From an uncultured cyanobacterium (GTDB lineage Bacteria > Cyanobacteriota > Cyanobacteriia > Cyanobacteriales > CAWCAG01), in NCBI GenBank assembly GCA_963803805.1, contig CAWDOD010000010.1, positions 416,001-480,000 on the forward strand: a stretch of 64,000 nucleotides of DNA, in the 5' to 3' direction. Position numbers and translations under genes: made by a program. Shown here in pieces: positions 39,991 to 50,826 of this stretch. The notes under the pieces are model-generated. The model did not search any database and was not told the DNA's origin. It worked only from the letters and a program-made list of their open reading frames with translations. The number at the start of each line of letters is the position of its first letter. Positions within the stretch are counted from its first letter, which is position 1.

Positions 39991-40184
39991 ACTTATTATC
40001 AAATCCTGAGATATGCGTTTGTGTATACGCTAGTGTTTGATTTAGGTTTTATTTGTATACTTTTGAAAATTTCTTGCTTTGTATCAGTAGTCTTAGTGAT
40101 AAATTTGTAACATTTTTATCTCAATTTGCTACATATAGGGATGAGGAGTAAAAATATTTTTAGCAGTGGTTTTTCCCATCAAGA

Positions 40185-41729
40185 TTAAAAGTCAAAATAA
40201 ATATACGGTAGTCCTCCTTCCGGTGCCAAAAGCCAAACTCCTAAAAGGCAAATCGGAGCGAAGACTAGTTTAATAGGCCAATTTAGTCTTAACTGCAAAC
40301 CTCGTTGAATGGCATAGGCAATGGCCATAGCAATAAATATTAAAGTAATTAATACCGAAACTTGATACTGACCTAAGCCAATTGCCTCTCCATAAACCTT
40401 CTGGGCAAACTGGGCATCTCCTGAATAGTTCCATAAATGCCTTATTGCCAAACCAGCTTGCCGAAGATCCGGGAGACGAAAAAAGATCCAGGATGTGAAT
40501 ACCATCAATTGGGTAATTAACCAAGCCATAAATATTCCGGGCCAACTTTTCCACCAAATCGTTAACCCTTCAACCTTCTTACTAACTGTATCTGTAAGGC
40601 GATGTATAGCTAAAGCCAAACCGTGCAAACCTCCCCAAACTACATAACCCCAAGCTGCACCATGCCAAATTCCCGCAATAAGCATCACCAATAATAAATT
40701 CAGGCAAGTCCTCCCTAAACCCTGACGAGAGCCTCCCAGAGGGAAATATAAGTAATTACGTAACCAATCTCCCAAAGTCATATGCCAGCGTCGCCAAAAG
40801 TCAGCGATACTGGTACTAAAGTAAGGGTAGTTAAAGTTTTCTGGGAGATTGAAGCCCAATAGCATAGCACTACCACGGGCTAAGTCTACATAGCCGCTAA
40901 AATCAAAATAGAGTTGCAACCCATAAGCAATAATCCCCAGCCAAAGATCCCAACTACCGGCCCTTTCTAGATTACCAAAACATAAATCTACGAAAATCCC
41001 TAAGCGATCTGCTAACAAAGCTTTTTTGACTGCCCCCAAAGCAATTAACCAAAATCCTTCAATAAAGTTATTAAGAGCTGGTGTTTGGGGAGTATTAAAT
41101 TGTTTAGCTAGTTCGTGATAGCGAGTAATAGGGCCGGAAATTAATTTAGGAAAAAAGAGTTTGTAACTAATAAATTGCAACAAACTCTGACTAGCTTTGC
41201 TCCCTCTAGAAATATCAACTAGATAAGCAATACATTCAAAAGTAAAGAAGGAAATTCCCAAGGGGGCAAGCAAGTTTTTGCTCAACCAATTAGCGTTTTC
41301 ACTTGCCGCAGGTGAGTTGAAGCTAGTAGCAAAGGTATTGATAAGAAAAGGAAGATATTTAAAAGCTACCAATATGAGAATGTTGGCAACAATACCCAGA
41401 ATCAGAATATTAGTAGCCTTACGATTCCAAGATTTTTGTAAGTTTTCCCATTCTTGGTTAGAAAGATTCTGATCCTGTGCCTGTTTAACTCCAATGCCAA
41501 CTTTCTCCTCCATAGCCTTGCCCAGATAGAAGTTCAGCAAAGCCATAATTAAGAGTAAAGGAATGTACCACCATTGCAAAGAAGCATAGAAGGCAATACT
41601 CGCTACTAAAAACAACCATAGTTGTAATTGCTTACGGGTTTTACCTTGGGAGGCTAATTGCCTTAGTAACCAAGCGACTTCTATGATGACAAGGAGAAAA
41701 AGTGCGTAAAGAGGATCGAGAAAGGACAT
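40185..41729 (-). CDS. MBOAT O-acyltransferase (AlgI/DltB-like)
   Basis: PLGISFFTF, FFPKLISGPI, YFDFSGY, ENF..PY, FWRRWH, GIWHGA. Confidence 0.93.
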   Translation of the reverse strand: MSFLDPLYALFLLVIIEVAWLLRQLASQGKTRKQLQLWLFLVASIAFYASLQWWYIPLLLIMALLNFYLGKAMEEKVGIGVKQAQDQNLSNQEWENLQKSWNRKATNILILGIVANILILVAFKYLPFLINTFATSFNSPAASENANWLSKNLLAPLGISFFTFECIAYLVDISRGSKASQSLLQFISYKLFFPKLISGPITRYHELAKQFNTPQTPALNNFIEGFWLIALGAVKKALLADRLGIFVDLCFGNLERAGSWDLWLGIIAYGLQLYFDFSGYVDLARGSAMLLGFNLPENFNYPYFSTSIADFWRRWHMTLGDWLRNYLYFPLGGSRQGLGRTCLNLLLVMLIAGIWHGAAWGYVVWGGLHGLALAIHRLTDTVSKKVEGLTIWWKSWPGIFMAWLITQLMVFTSWIFFRLPDLRQAGLAIRHLWNYSGDAQFAQKVYGEAIGLGQYQVSVLITLIFIAMAIAYAIQRGLQLRLNWPIKLVFAPICLLGVWLLAPEGGLPYIYFDF

Positions 41730-41739
41730 TGGGAAGAAG

Positions 41740-41767
41740 TAATAAGTGATAAGTAACGAGTAATAAG
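41740..41767. repeat. Heptamer tandem repeat (TAATAAG-like x4)
   Basis: TAATAAG TGATAAG TAACGAG TAATAAG. Confidence 0.65.
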
Positions 41768-41831
41768 TAAAGAACCTAACTATTGCTAAAATTCCTATTA
41801 CCTAATTCCTGTCACCGCTAGCCACTAGCAA

Positions 41832-43067
41832 CTAGCTATTAGCAGCTACTGCCATCGCCTTTATTTCAAATATTTTCTTAATAGCATCTTCTACCACCTT
41901 ATCAGGAGTAGAAGCCCCAGAGGTTACACCTACGGTAATTGGACCTTCGGGGAGCCAATTTTCCTTGATTTCTAAATCTTTACCTAAAGGTTTATGTTCA
42001 ACTCTATTTTCTGAGCTAATGCGCTCTGCACTATCAATATGATAAGAAGGAATTTTTTCTTCAATAGCAATCTCTTGTAAATGAGTGGTATTGGAAGAAT
42101 TGTAACCACCAATTACTAACATCAAATCGAGCTTTTCTTCTACTAAGCCGAATATAGCATCTTGTCTTTCTTGGGTAGCATCACAAATAGTGTTGAAACT
42201 CATAAAATGCTCAGTGAACTTAGCGAGTCCATATTTTTTGAGCATAGTCCGTTCAAACAATTTACCAATTTGCTCTGTTTCACTTTTGAGCATAGTAGTT
42301 TGGTTAGCAATGCCAATTTTATCTAAATCTGTATCGGGGTCAAAATTAGCAGAATGAGCGTTTTTAAATTTAACAAGAAATTCTTCGGAATTGCCCCCTT
42401 GCAAAATATAATCAGCGACATAATGGGCTTGCTCTAAATTGAGAACAACCAAATATTTATCAGCAAAAGAACTTGTAGCAATGGTTTCTTCATGGGCATA
42501 TTTACCATGAATAATCGAAGTAAAGTCTTTTTTCTTATGCTTTTCTACAGAGTTCCAAACCTTAGATACCCAAGGGCAAGTGGTATCAACAATAGTACAA
42601 CCCTTATCATTGAGGAGTTGCATTTCTGTTACGCTAGCTCCAAAGGCGGGTAAAATTACTACATCTCCTGTACCAACTACAGAAAAATCTTTATCACCAT
42701 TAACAACGGTAATGAAACCAACATTCATCTCTCGCAAACGTTGATTAACAGAAGGATTATGGATAATTTCATTGGTAATCCAAATGTGTTCTGTGGGGAA
42801 ATGCTGGCGAGTTTCATAAGCCATAGCCACAGCACGCTCCACCCCCCAACAAAAGCCGAAAGCTTCTGCTAAGCGAATAGTGACATCTCCTTTGCTTAAA
42901 CGATAATTGTTGTCGCGGATTTCTTGAATCAAATTGCTTTGATATTCAGAGTTTAGAACAGCATTAACTTCCTCACTATGACCAAATCCTTTGCGGTGGT
43001 AGTTTTGAGAGTGGGCAAGAGAACGTTTAAAAGCTTTTGTATCTATTTTGCTTGGATGATCGCTCAT
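41832..43067 (-). CDS. ispH: 4-hydroxy-3-methylbut-2-enyl diphosphate reductase
   Basis: [37 protein letters not shown]. Confidence 0.97.
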   Translation of the reverse strand: MSDHPSKIDTKAFKRSLAHSQNYHRKGFGHSEEVNAVLNSEYQSNLIQEIRDNNYRLSKGDVTIRLAEAFGFCWGVERAVAMAYETRQHFPTEHIWITNEIIHNPSVNQRLREMNVGFITVVNGDKDFSVVGTGDVVILPAFGASVTEMQLLNDKGCTIVDTTCPWVSKVWNSVEKHKKKDFTSIIHGKYAHEETIATSSFADKYLVVLNLEQAHYVADYILQGGNSEEFLVKFKNAHSANFDPDTDLDKIGIANQTTMLKSETEQIGKLFERTMLKKYGLAKFTEHFMSFNTICDATQERQDAIFGLVEEKLDLMLVIGGYNSSNTTHLQEIAIEEKIPSYHIDSAERISSENRVEHKPLGKDLEIKENWLPEGPITVGVTSGASTPDKVVEDAIKKIFEIKAMAVAANS

Positions 43068-43094
43068 TTGTCGATTAAGTAATTAATTAAAAAT

Positions 43095-43913
43095 TTAGGG
43101 TGTCTCAATCTCTAACTGGCTAGAAACTTGCAGGGCAATACGCCAAAGTTCATAACCTTCTTCATTGAGATGTAAACCATCTGTAGTCAGTTCTGTGTTT
43201 AGATTACCTTGGTCGTCGGCAAAAAGGGAGTAGAGATCAAGATAAATAATTTCTTTTTGTTCAGCAATTTTCTCCAGACGACGATTAATATTACGAATAT
43301 CTAGGTTAGGAATCTCTAACAAACGCTCCCGCCCTTCCCAGGTTGCCTGAGAGCCGCTATGGGGCAAAATAGATTGCAAGATTATCTTACTTTCAGGATG
43401 ATTGCGCTTTAAGTATTTAACAATTAACTCCACATTGGCGACAACAGTTTCTCCTTCAACTCCCCGAATCAGATCGTTAATACCGATCATAATAAAAATA
43501 CCCTGGGGATCAGTTTCATCTATAAGTTGTAAACGTCTAAGCAATCCTGCTGAACCTTCCCCAGAAATACCTTGATTAAGCCAGTATCTTTGCTCAGGTA
43601 ATAATTCAGGAGGAAACCAGAGACTAATAGAGTCTCCCAAAAGTACAGTAAGATGTTCTGGTTGTTTTTTTGCTGCGACTTTAGCTTCTTGTTTTAGTAA
43701 ATTAACCCACTCTTGATAGGTAAGTTTTTGTTTTTCCCCTAACTCAGGACTAGAAGTTATTTTCGGGACAGAATTGTTTTCTACTGAAAAGTCTGACCTA
43801 GCCACAGAAAGCAAGTTGCTTTCTTCGTCCCCCCACCAAAGATAGGTAAGGAGAAGAATAAATAGTCCATTGATGACTAAGGAGAAAAAAGCCCAACGAG
43901 GACAGCGCTTCAA
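43095..43913 (-). CDS. Membrane-anchored SGNH/GDSL hydrolase
   Basis: GDSIS, NQGISG, GINDL, DGLHL; N-terminal TM. Confidence 0.9.
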   Translation of the reverse strand: MKRCPRWAFFSLVINGLFILLLTYLWWGDEESNLLSVARSDFSVENNSVPKITSSPELGEKQKLTYQEWVNLLKQEAKVAAKKQPEHLTVLLGDSISLWFPPELLPEQRYWLNQGISGEGSAGLLRRLQLIDETDPQGIFIMIGINDLIRGVEGETVVANVELIVKYLKRNHPESKIILQSILPHSGSQATWEGRERLLEIPNLDIRNINRRLEKIAEQKEIIYLDLYSLFADDQGNLNTELTTDGLHLNEEGYELWRIALQVSSQLEIETP

Positions 43914-44071
43914 GACAATAATACCGCTTCTTTGGAAGTCAAAAGGGGCGAGAGTCCCTCGCCGAATTCAAAAGTCAAAAGTAATGAGGATCAACTTTGT
44001 ATTAAAAGTATCTCAAACCGCAACTTCATCAAAATAGTATAAACACGAATTGTTCTTAATAATTTTGTACC

Positions 44072-44126
44072 AAAAAATGCCCGCCTTCAACCGAGAATTG
44101 ATTTTTCTCGCTCAAAGACGGGCTTT
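44072..44126 (-). terminator. Intrinsic terminator after amt
   Basis: GCCCG...CGGGC long stem followed by a U-tract on the minus strand. Confidence 0.65.
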
Positions 44127-44163
44127 CCTTAACTAAATGGATAAAAGTTAAGAGTAGTGAAGT

Positions 44164-45663
44164 TTAGATTTCTGATGGTGGAGCAACATCACTTGCGCTG
44201 CCAATGGTACTGGGGCTGACACCGAAAGCGTCAGCTTCAGTAACAAAACCAGCATAGGCTTCCATACCATGTTCGGCTTTGTCTAAGCCCTCGAACTCTT
44301 CTTCTGGATGAACACGAATACCAATAGTTGCTTTGAGTACACCCCAAACAATGGCGCTGAAAATAACGGTAAAGGCTCCAACAGAGAGGATACCAATGAT
44401 TTGGTGAATAATACTAGCGCCGCCGAATATACCAACCGCTAAAGTTCCCCAAATACCACAGACAAGGTGGACAGAGGTCGCACCAACAGGGTCATCAATT
44501 CTGATTTTGTCAAAGAAAGCCACAGAGAAGACCACAATGACTCCAGCAACTGCACCAATAATGATCGCAGAGATTAAGCTGACGGAGGCACAACCAGCAG
44601 TAATACCCACTAAGCCCGCTAAGATACCGTTGATAATCATAGAGAGGTCGGGTTTACCGGAGGTTATCCAACTAGTGGCAGTTGCCGTACAACCTCCTGC
44701 TGCCGCAGCGAGGTTAGTGGTAACAGCAATATAAGGAACATTCGCATCAGCCGCTAATTGAGAGCCAGGGTTGAAACCAAACCAGCCAATCCAGAGAATT
44801 AAGCAACCAAGGGTCGCCAGACTCATGTTGTGACCAGGAATAGCTCGGATCGAACCATCCGGAGCATATTTACCTTGACGAGGCCCTAAGAATGCTGCTC
44901 CTACTAAAGCTGCCCAACCACCCACAGAGTGAACGATGGTGGAGCCAGCAAAGTCAACAAAACCGGCGGGGTCTCCTGCTGCATCTGTACCCAATTCCGC
45001 TAACCAACCACCATCCCATAACCAATGTCCGGTAATAGGATAAGAAATAGCAACGAGCAAGAAACTGAAAATCAAGAAAGCATCAAACTTAATCCTTTCA
45101 GCAACAGCACCGGAAACAATAGTCGCTGCCGTAGCAGCAAAGGCTACTTGGAAAAGGAAAGAAATCGCTACAGGTACAGCTTCTGGGTAAGGATCATCTC
45201 CGTAGGGAACAGGATCATTGTTGAAGAAAAAGCCATCTAAACCAATGAAACTATTACCTTCGCCATACATTAAACCAAAACCAATGGCCCAATAAGCAAT
45301 AGTGGCAATGGCGAAAACGATCAGGTTTTTGGCCAAAATATTGACGGCATTCTTTTGGCGACAGAAACCTGTTTCTAGCATCCCGAATCCTGCATTCATG
45401 AAGATGACTAGGACTGAGGAAAACAGTAAGAAAATAGAGTCGAGGACGACTTGCATTTCTTCAGGACTTGAAGGAGCTTCAAAATCCTGAGCCGAGGCAG
45501 CCGTGTTCCAGAAAACAACAATGATTGCTGCTAAAGGAATACAAGCTAGCCAGTAGGGGGAAAATAGGCGAGCCACTGTTTTAATTGGCTCGAAATAGGG
45601 AGCATCCCAAAAGCTTGGGGGACGCTGTTTTTTCTTTTTAAGACTTGGATTAGACATCATCAC
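44164..45663 (-). CDS. amt: Ammonium transporter (Amt1-like)
   Basis: [44 protein letters not shown]. Confidence 0.96.
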   Translation of the reverse strand: MMMSNPSLKKKKQRPPSFWDAPYFEPIKTVARLFSPYWLACIPLAAIIVVFWNTAASAQDFEAPSSPEEMQVVLDSIFLLFSSVLVIFMNAGFGMLETGFCRQKNAVNILAKNLIVFAIATIAYWAIGFGLMYGEGNSFIGLDGFFFNNDPVPYGDDPYPEAVPVAISFLFQVAFAATAATIVSGAVAERIKFDAFLIFSFLLVAISYPITGHWLWDGGWLAELGTDAAGDPAGFVDFAGSTIVHSVGGWAALVGAAFLGPRQGKYAPDGSIRAIPGHNMSLATLGCLILWIGWFGFNPGSQLAADANVPYIAVTTNLAAAAGGCTATATSWITSGKPDLSMIINGILAGLVGITAGCASVSLISAIIIGAVAGVIVVFSVAFFDKIRIDDPVGATSVHLVCGIWGTLAVGIFGGASIIHQIIGILSVGAFTVIFSAIVWGVLKATIGIRVHPEEEFEGLDKAEHGMEAYAGFVTEADAFGVSPSTIGSASDVAPPSEI

Positions 45664-46004
45664 TGGACTTTCCTGGGTTAGTGAAGCATAACTGCAAATT
45701 TTTTAGCTCGAAGTGGGTAGACTACCTCCTGAAAGGTTAGGAACATTTTTTTGAGTTACCTGAGCTAGGTTAAAAGTTTCATAGCTCAGTCACTTTTTAA
45801 GGCTCTGAGCAGAGGCAAGCACCAAATTTTTTCTCTACTCTAAAAGCACTAAGTTGTCCTACGAAAAAAACCTACAGATATTTTGTGAAAGAGTCAAGAG
45901 AGCAATAGCTTAATACTTAAGTATTCTTTTCCCTTGAAGCTAGTAAATAGAGCTAGCTTATTCTGCTAAGTTTAGAAATGTTCTGCTTCTTCAAGATAGT
46001 TTTC

Positions 46005-46020
46005 TGTATCAGAAAATACA
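46005..46020. promoter_or_regulatory. NtcA-binding site upstream of amt
   Basis: TGTA-TCAGAAAA-TACA fits GTA-N8-TAC; amt1 is an established NtcA target. Confidence 0.8.
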
Positions 46021-46605
46021 GTTTTGTCTGAATGCTGATAAATTTTGCTAACAAACCCATAGTTAATGCTTAAGGTCAAATTTCTAGACATTAGTTATCA
46101 ATATCTGTTACTAGAAGGGATCTAGAACTACTTTTAGACTGGGATTTTTAGGAAAAACATCTTACTGAGAGCAATAAAAATGGTAATTTAACGATATTTT
46201 TTATTTTGCAACACCAACCAATGCAAGTTAAGTAACAATAATCACTTTTGTAAATATTAATCAATTTAATTAATTAATGATGAAAGATATAAAATCCCTT
46301 GATTTTATATAGTTAGTTTTTAATGGCTCCGTGATATTTGTTACTGAGTTGCTAGTTATCTAGCTAAGGAAATTATGATATTTCGGAAGAACAATATAGG
46401 AGTTATCAGTACCTCATGGTACTGTCTAGACTATTGTTTTTGCTAATAAGCTAGTGGCTAATGGAAATGTACCTCAGCAGCTTAGGAATTGCTATTTTAA
46501 AAAAAGGGAATAGGAAACGGGGGAAATAAATACCTCGTTTTTTCCTCTAGAAAAAGAGCGATGTTAGATTTTTACGAATCACTTAGGATTGCTATGTTCC
46601 TTTAC

Positions 46606-47133
46606 TCATTCTTGAGTTTGGAGATATTGTTGATAACCAATTGCTTCGAGCTTTTCTTGTTTTTTTAACACAGAGTTATGTAAATTTTGGCGGTATTGCT
46701 GTACTTTTTCTAATAAATTGGACTGGTGGGAAGCAATAATTTGTACGGCTAACAATCCGGCATTTTGAGCATTGCCAATAGCTACCGTTGCTACAGGAAT
46801 ACCTCTAGGCATTTGGACAATTGAGTATAAAGAATCAACCCCATTAAGATGGCGCGTTGCTATAGGTACACCAATGACTGGAAGAGGGGTTAAAGAAGCT
46901 ACCATACCAGGCAGATGGGCAGCCCCTCCTGCCCCAGCAATAATGACTTTAATTCCCCTACTATGGGCATTCTTGGCATAGCTAACCATCTTTTCAGGAG
47001 TACGATGGGCTGAAACGATCGCTACTTCATGAGCAACAGCAAATTCCTCACAAACAGCGATCGCCGCTTTCATGGTGGGTAAATCGGAATCGCTACCCAT
47101 AATAATACCGATTGAGGGTATAGTTTCACTCAT
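46606..47133 (-). CDS. purE: N5-carboxyaminoimidazole ribonucleotide mutase
   Basis: [38 protein letters not shown]. Confidence 0.97.
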   Translation of the reverse strand: MSETIPSIGIIMGSDSDLPTMKAAIAVCEEFAVAHEVAIVSAHRTPEKMVSYAKNAHSRGIKVIIAGAGGAAHLPGMVASLTPLPVIGVPIATRHLNGVDSLYSIVQMPRGIPVATVAIGNAQNAGLLAVQIIASHQSNLLEKVQQYRQNLHNSVLKKQEKLEAIGYQQYLQTQE

Positions 47134-47232
47134 AATGGAAAAGGGAGTGGGTAGTAGGGAACAAGAAGTTGACTTTCCTGAATTTTATAACAGCAGGGGC
47201 AAGGAAGTCCTTGTTATTACCAGTAAACAGTT

Positions 47233-48438
47233 ATGACTCAAGCATTTACAGCCTTTCAACAGCTCCCAAACAGTTTTACAATTATTAATGCCCGATTGTC
47301 AGGATATCAGGATTTACAGCAAGTTCAGGTAAAAGAAGGCGCAATTAGGGCCATAATGCCCACAAAAGAGGTACAAAAGCAGGAAAATACTGTGGATTTT
47401 GGAGGAGACTGGCTTTCTCTAGGAGGAATAGATTTACAAATCAATGGAGGTTTAGGTTTAGCTTTTCCAGATTTGGAAAAACAGCATTTTCCTTTATTGA
47501 CAAAAATAAGTAAATACTTATGGAATCAGGGAGTCGATGGATTTTTACCAACTATTGTCACAACTTCCCCCGAAAAAATTCGGCGATCGCTAGCTACAAT
47601 TGCTGCTTATCTTTCTTCTCAACCAAGTCAAACAGCCCAGATCCTTGGTGTTCACTTAGAAGGGCCTTTTTTAAACCCAGAGAAGCGGGGCGCTCATCCC
47701 CAAGAATATCTTTTACCATTAACTTTAGATAGAGTTAAAAGGATCTTGGGGGATTACGACAAGATAGTCAAAGTAATCACCTTAGCACCAGAATTAGATT
47801 CTAGCGCTCAAGTAATTCCTTACTTACATTCGGCAGGCATTACCACCAGCCTCGGCCATTCCTTAGCTACAGCCTCCCAAGCAAAAGAAGCCTTTAAACA
47901 AGGGGCATCAATGGTAACTCACGCTTTTAATGCTATGCCCAGCTTACACCACCGAGAACCAGGGTTATTAGGGGAAGCCTTAGTTAATCCTCAAGTTAAG
48001 TGTGGTTTCATAGCTGATGGGCAGCACATTTGTCCAACGATGATGAAGTTGTTACTTCGTGCCGGAAACTATAATCAAGGCATCTTCTTAGTCAGTGATG
48101 CCTTAGCACCAATAGGTTTACCCGACGGTACTTATCCTTGGGATAGCCGTCAAATTGAAGTCAGACAAGGAACAGCAAGATTAGCTGACGGTACTTTGTC
48201 CGGTACAACCTTACCCTTGTTAGAAGGAGTAAAAAACTTAGTCGAGTGGAAAATATGTAATTTAGGAGTTGCGATCGCCTTAGCTATAGAATCTCCACGA
48301 CAAGCCATTGGTTTAACAGGTTTAGGAATAGGAACTCGGGCTACTCAATTATTACGTTGGCATTGGCAAAAAGACTCTTCTTCTTTAAGTTGGCAAAGGT
48401 TAACTAGTGGTCTGTCAATTGAAAAAGGTAAAGGTTAG
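47233..48438 (+). CDS. nagA: N-acetylglucosamine-6-phosphate deacetylase
   Basis: DLQINGG, GVHLEGPF, GAH, TLAPE, THAFNAM, ADGQH, VSDA. Confidence 0.93.
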   Translation: MTQAFTAFQQLPNSFTIINARLSGYQDLQQVQVKEGAIRAIMPTKEVQKQENTVDFGGDWLSLGGIDLQINGGLGLAFPDLEKQHFPLLTKISKYLWNQGVDGFLPTIVTTSPEKIRRSLATIAAYLSSQPSQTAQILGVHLEGPFLNPEKRGAHPQEYLLPLTLDRVKRILGDYDKIVKVITLAPELDSSAQVIPYLHSAGITTSLGHSLATASQAKEAFKQGASMVTHAFNAMPSLHHREPGLLGEALVNPQVKCGFIADGQHICPTMMKLLLRAGNYNQGIFLVSDALAPIGLPDGTYPWDSRQIEVRQGTARLADGTLSGTTLPLLEGVKNLVEWKICNLGVAIALAIESPRQAIGLTGLGIGTRATQLLRWHWQKDSSSLSWQRLTSGLSIEKGKG

Positions 48439-48489
48439 TATTGTTTGATAGTCAAGTTATCCCTAAATTTAATCTTGACAGACTACTAG
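48404..48489. mobile_element. CTAG-ended MITE-like element, copy 2, between the convergent nagA and pyrR 3' ends
   Basis: Terminal IR CTAGTGGTCTGTCAA / TTGACAGACTACTAG. Confidence 0.72.
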
Positions 48490-49025
48490 CTGTTCCCCCG
48501 AATTAATTCAACAGCATCCCGACCATCAATTTCTTCAAGATAGACTTTAATATTTTCATCCTTGGCCGTCGGTAAATTTTTACCTGTAAAATCAGGATGA
48601 ATGGGGAGTTGACGATGGCCTCAATCTACCAATACAGCGAATAAAATTGCCTCTGGTCGGCCGTACTCTGTGATAGCGTTTAAAGCGGCACGAGCAGTAC
48701 GACCTTTATATATAACATCATCCACCAAGACTATAGTTTTACCTGTAAGATCGAAAGGAATCTCCGTTTGAGCGGGAGTTCGGATACCAATCTTATCTAG
48801 ATCGTCTCGATAAAAAGTAATATCCAAAGAACCTACAGGAACTTGAACTTTTTCTAATATTTCGATTTGCTGCTTTAGTAATTTAGCAAGCATCGCTCCT
48901 CTTGTATAAATGCCCAACAAAGCCAATTGAGAAATGTTGCCAGATTCTTCAATAATTTGGCAAGCCAGGCGAGTCAGAGTACGACGCATTTCTTGGGCTG
49001 AAAGAATTTCGACAACCTCACCCAT
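48486..49025 (-). pseudogene. pyrR: pyrR (uracil PRTase / regulator) interrupted by an in-frame TGA
   Basis: [20 protein letters not shown]; after VLVD-TGA (48623-48621) the frame continues [18 protein letters not shown]...ELIRGNS*, restoring VDRGHR.LPI..DF.G. Confidence 0.88.
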
Positions 49026-49079
49026 AGGTCAAATCAGCATTTTAGTGTTTACTTATTCAAATTAAAAGGAAATTGGTCG

Positions 49080-50087
49080 CTAGTAAACAAGGAAGATCAA
49101 TAAATGGCTACCTAAACCGACTCCTAACCAAAGCAAAAAACAATTACGACTTAGATTGAGAGCCTGGTTAACCTTGTTTATTGTAATCTCTTGAACAGGT
49201 TCTCCTAAAAGTGGTTTATATTTAAGCGTTCCACCATAAGAATTTTTTCCTCCTAATTGAACTCCCAAAACTGCCGCAAAAGCAGTTTCACTCCAACCAG
49301 AATTAGGACTAGGATCTTTAGGGGCATCGCGCCAACAAAAATACCAAACTTGTTGATATTTACCCGTTAAAACTGCCACACTCAAAACTGTGAGACGACA
49401 GGGAAGCCAAGTAAGATAATCTTCTAATCGGGCGCTAAACCAACCTAGATAAGTGAAAGGTTCATAGCGGTAGCCAACCATAGAATCTAGTGTACTAGCA
49501 GCTTTATAACCAAGGGCTAGGGGGACAGCACCAACCCCTGGTATAAAAGTTCCTAAAATACCATAAAAAAGAGGAGCTGTTACTCCATCTGTGGTATTTT
49601 CTGCTACGGTTTCTAAAATAGCTCGCAAGATTTCTGAGGTTGAAAGTTGGGCTGTATCTCTACCAACATATTGACTTAGTTTAGTACGGGCTAATACTAA
49701 ATCTCTTTTTAGTAAAGATGGCAGAATATCTTCTGCGGCAAAGCGCAAACTGCGACTAGCAAAACAGCTTGCCAAAATGATTATTTCCAAGGTAATAGCT
49801 AAAAAAGAATTAATTTTTGTGGCGCTAAATACTATTAACCAGCCGAAAAAACCACTACCAATAATTAAACCTAATCCCAAACCAATTCCTGCTAAGCGCC
49901 GTTGCCAAGGTTTTTGCCAATATTTAATCACAAATTGCTGAAAATTTACAATCCCCCAGCCCATTATTTGTACAGGGTGAAGTAAATAGCGTGGGTCAGC
50001 AATTAAATAGTCTATAGTCGCTGCTAGTAGTAAAACTATAATCTGTCTAGATTCGTTGTCAATTAACTCGGACAAAATCGCTAACAA
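49080..50087 (-). CDS. cbiB: Adenosylcobinamide-phosphate synthase
   Basis: DP...HPV, VGRDT, ENTTDGVTAPLF, YKA.STLDSMVGY, SPNSGW.E. Confidence 0.95.
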   Translation of the reverse strand: MLAILSELIDNESRQIIVLLLAATIDYLIADPRYLLHPVQIMGWGIVNFQQFVIKYWQKPWQRRLAGIGLGLGLIIGSGFFGWLIVFSATKINSFLAITLEIIILASCFASRSLRFAAEDILPSLLKRDLVLARTKLSQYVGRDTAQLSTSEILRAILETVAENTTDGVTAPLFYGILGTFIPGVGAVPLALGYKAASTLDSMVGYRYEPFTYLGWFSARLEDYLTWLPCRLTVLSVAVLTGKYQQVWYFCWRDAPKDPSPNSGWSETAFAAVLGVQLGGKNSYGGTLKYKPLLGEPVQEITINKVNQALNLSRNCFLLWLGVGLGSHLLIFLVY

Positions 50088-50124
50088 ATAATTATGTAAC
50101 AGCTTTTTAAACCTTGGTCATTCA

Positions 50125-50568
50125 CTAGATAACAAAGCTAGTTTCTTCTCCAAGAGCAGCTTGCCGACTCCTAGCATCATAATAAAGTTCAGCTAGAGTA
50201 ATACTATGGAGTGCCTGTTTCAATCTTTGATGTAATTGTCGCCAGATGCTAAAAGTTACCCAATCTTCTACTCGATCTGCGTCAAGATTATGATGGGGCA
50301 ATGGTTCAATAGTTTCTCCTACTGCTGTTAAAATTTGTCCTAGAGAAATCAGTCCTGGACTAGTTGCAAGTTGATAGCCGCCTTGAGAGCCTCGTATTGA
50401 TTTAACTAAACCAGCACGACGCATTTCAATTAATAATTTTTCTAAATAAGGAGCAGGTAAATCTTGGCGAGAGGCAATTTCTTTTACTGAAGTAGGGCCA
50501 TGATCAGGCTGTAAACTTATATCCAGCAAAGCTTTAACGCTATAGTGTCCACGAGTAGTTAGCTTCAT
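50125..50568 (-). CDS. Rrf2-family regulator lacking cysteines (Slr0846-like)
   Basis: MKLTTRGHY, YLEKLL, SIRGSQGGYQL; no Cys, so no IscR-type Fe-S ligands. Confidence 0.88.
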   Translation of the reverse strand: MKLTTRGHYSVKALLDISLQPDHGPTSVKEIASRQDLPAPYLEKLLIEMRRAGLVKSIRGSQGGYQLATSPGLISLGQILTAVGETIEPLPHHNLDADRVEDWVTFSIWRQLHQRLKQALHSITLAELYYDARSRQAALGEETSFVI

Positions 50569-50826
50569 CTTTGTTTTTTGACATCAATAATTATTAGAAA
50601 TTAGATTGCTTATTTAAGCTTGTCGTTGAGTTTCAATACACTAGAAGTATTTGTTCACAAAATAGCAAATTTTTGTTATCAGACAGATAGTTTATAATCA
50701 GATTGACTTACTGCGTGTAATATAGTTTTATATCTTAATAACAGACCAGGATTTTTTTGCCTTTGCTTTTCAAAGAGCTAGACAATAAACCTATCTAGTA
50801 CTTAAGTCTTTAGTTATATATACAAG

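Noticed and set aside
43937-43981. GGCGAG/CTCGCC hairpin flanked by TCAAAAG heptamers as a novel regulatory RNA
   Set aside because: Looks like an ordinary short cyanobacterial repeat; single copy here.
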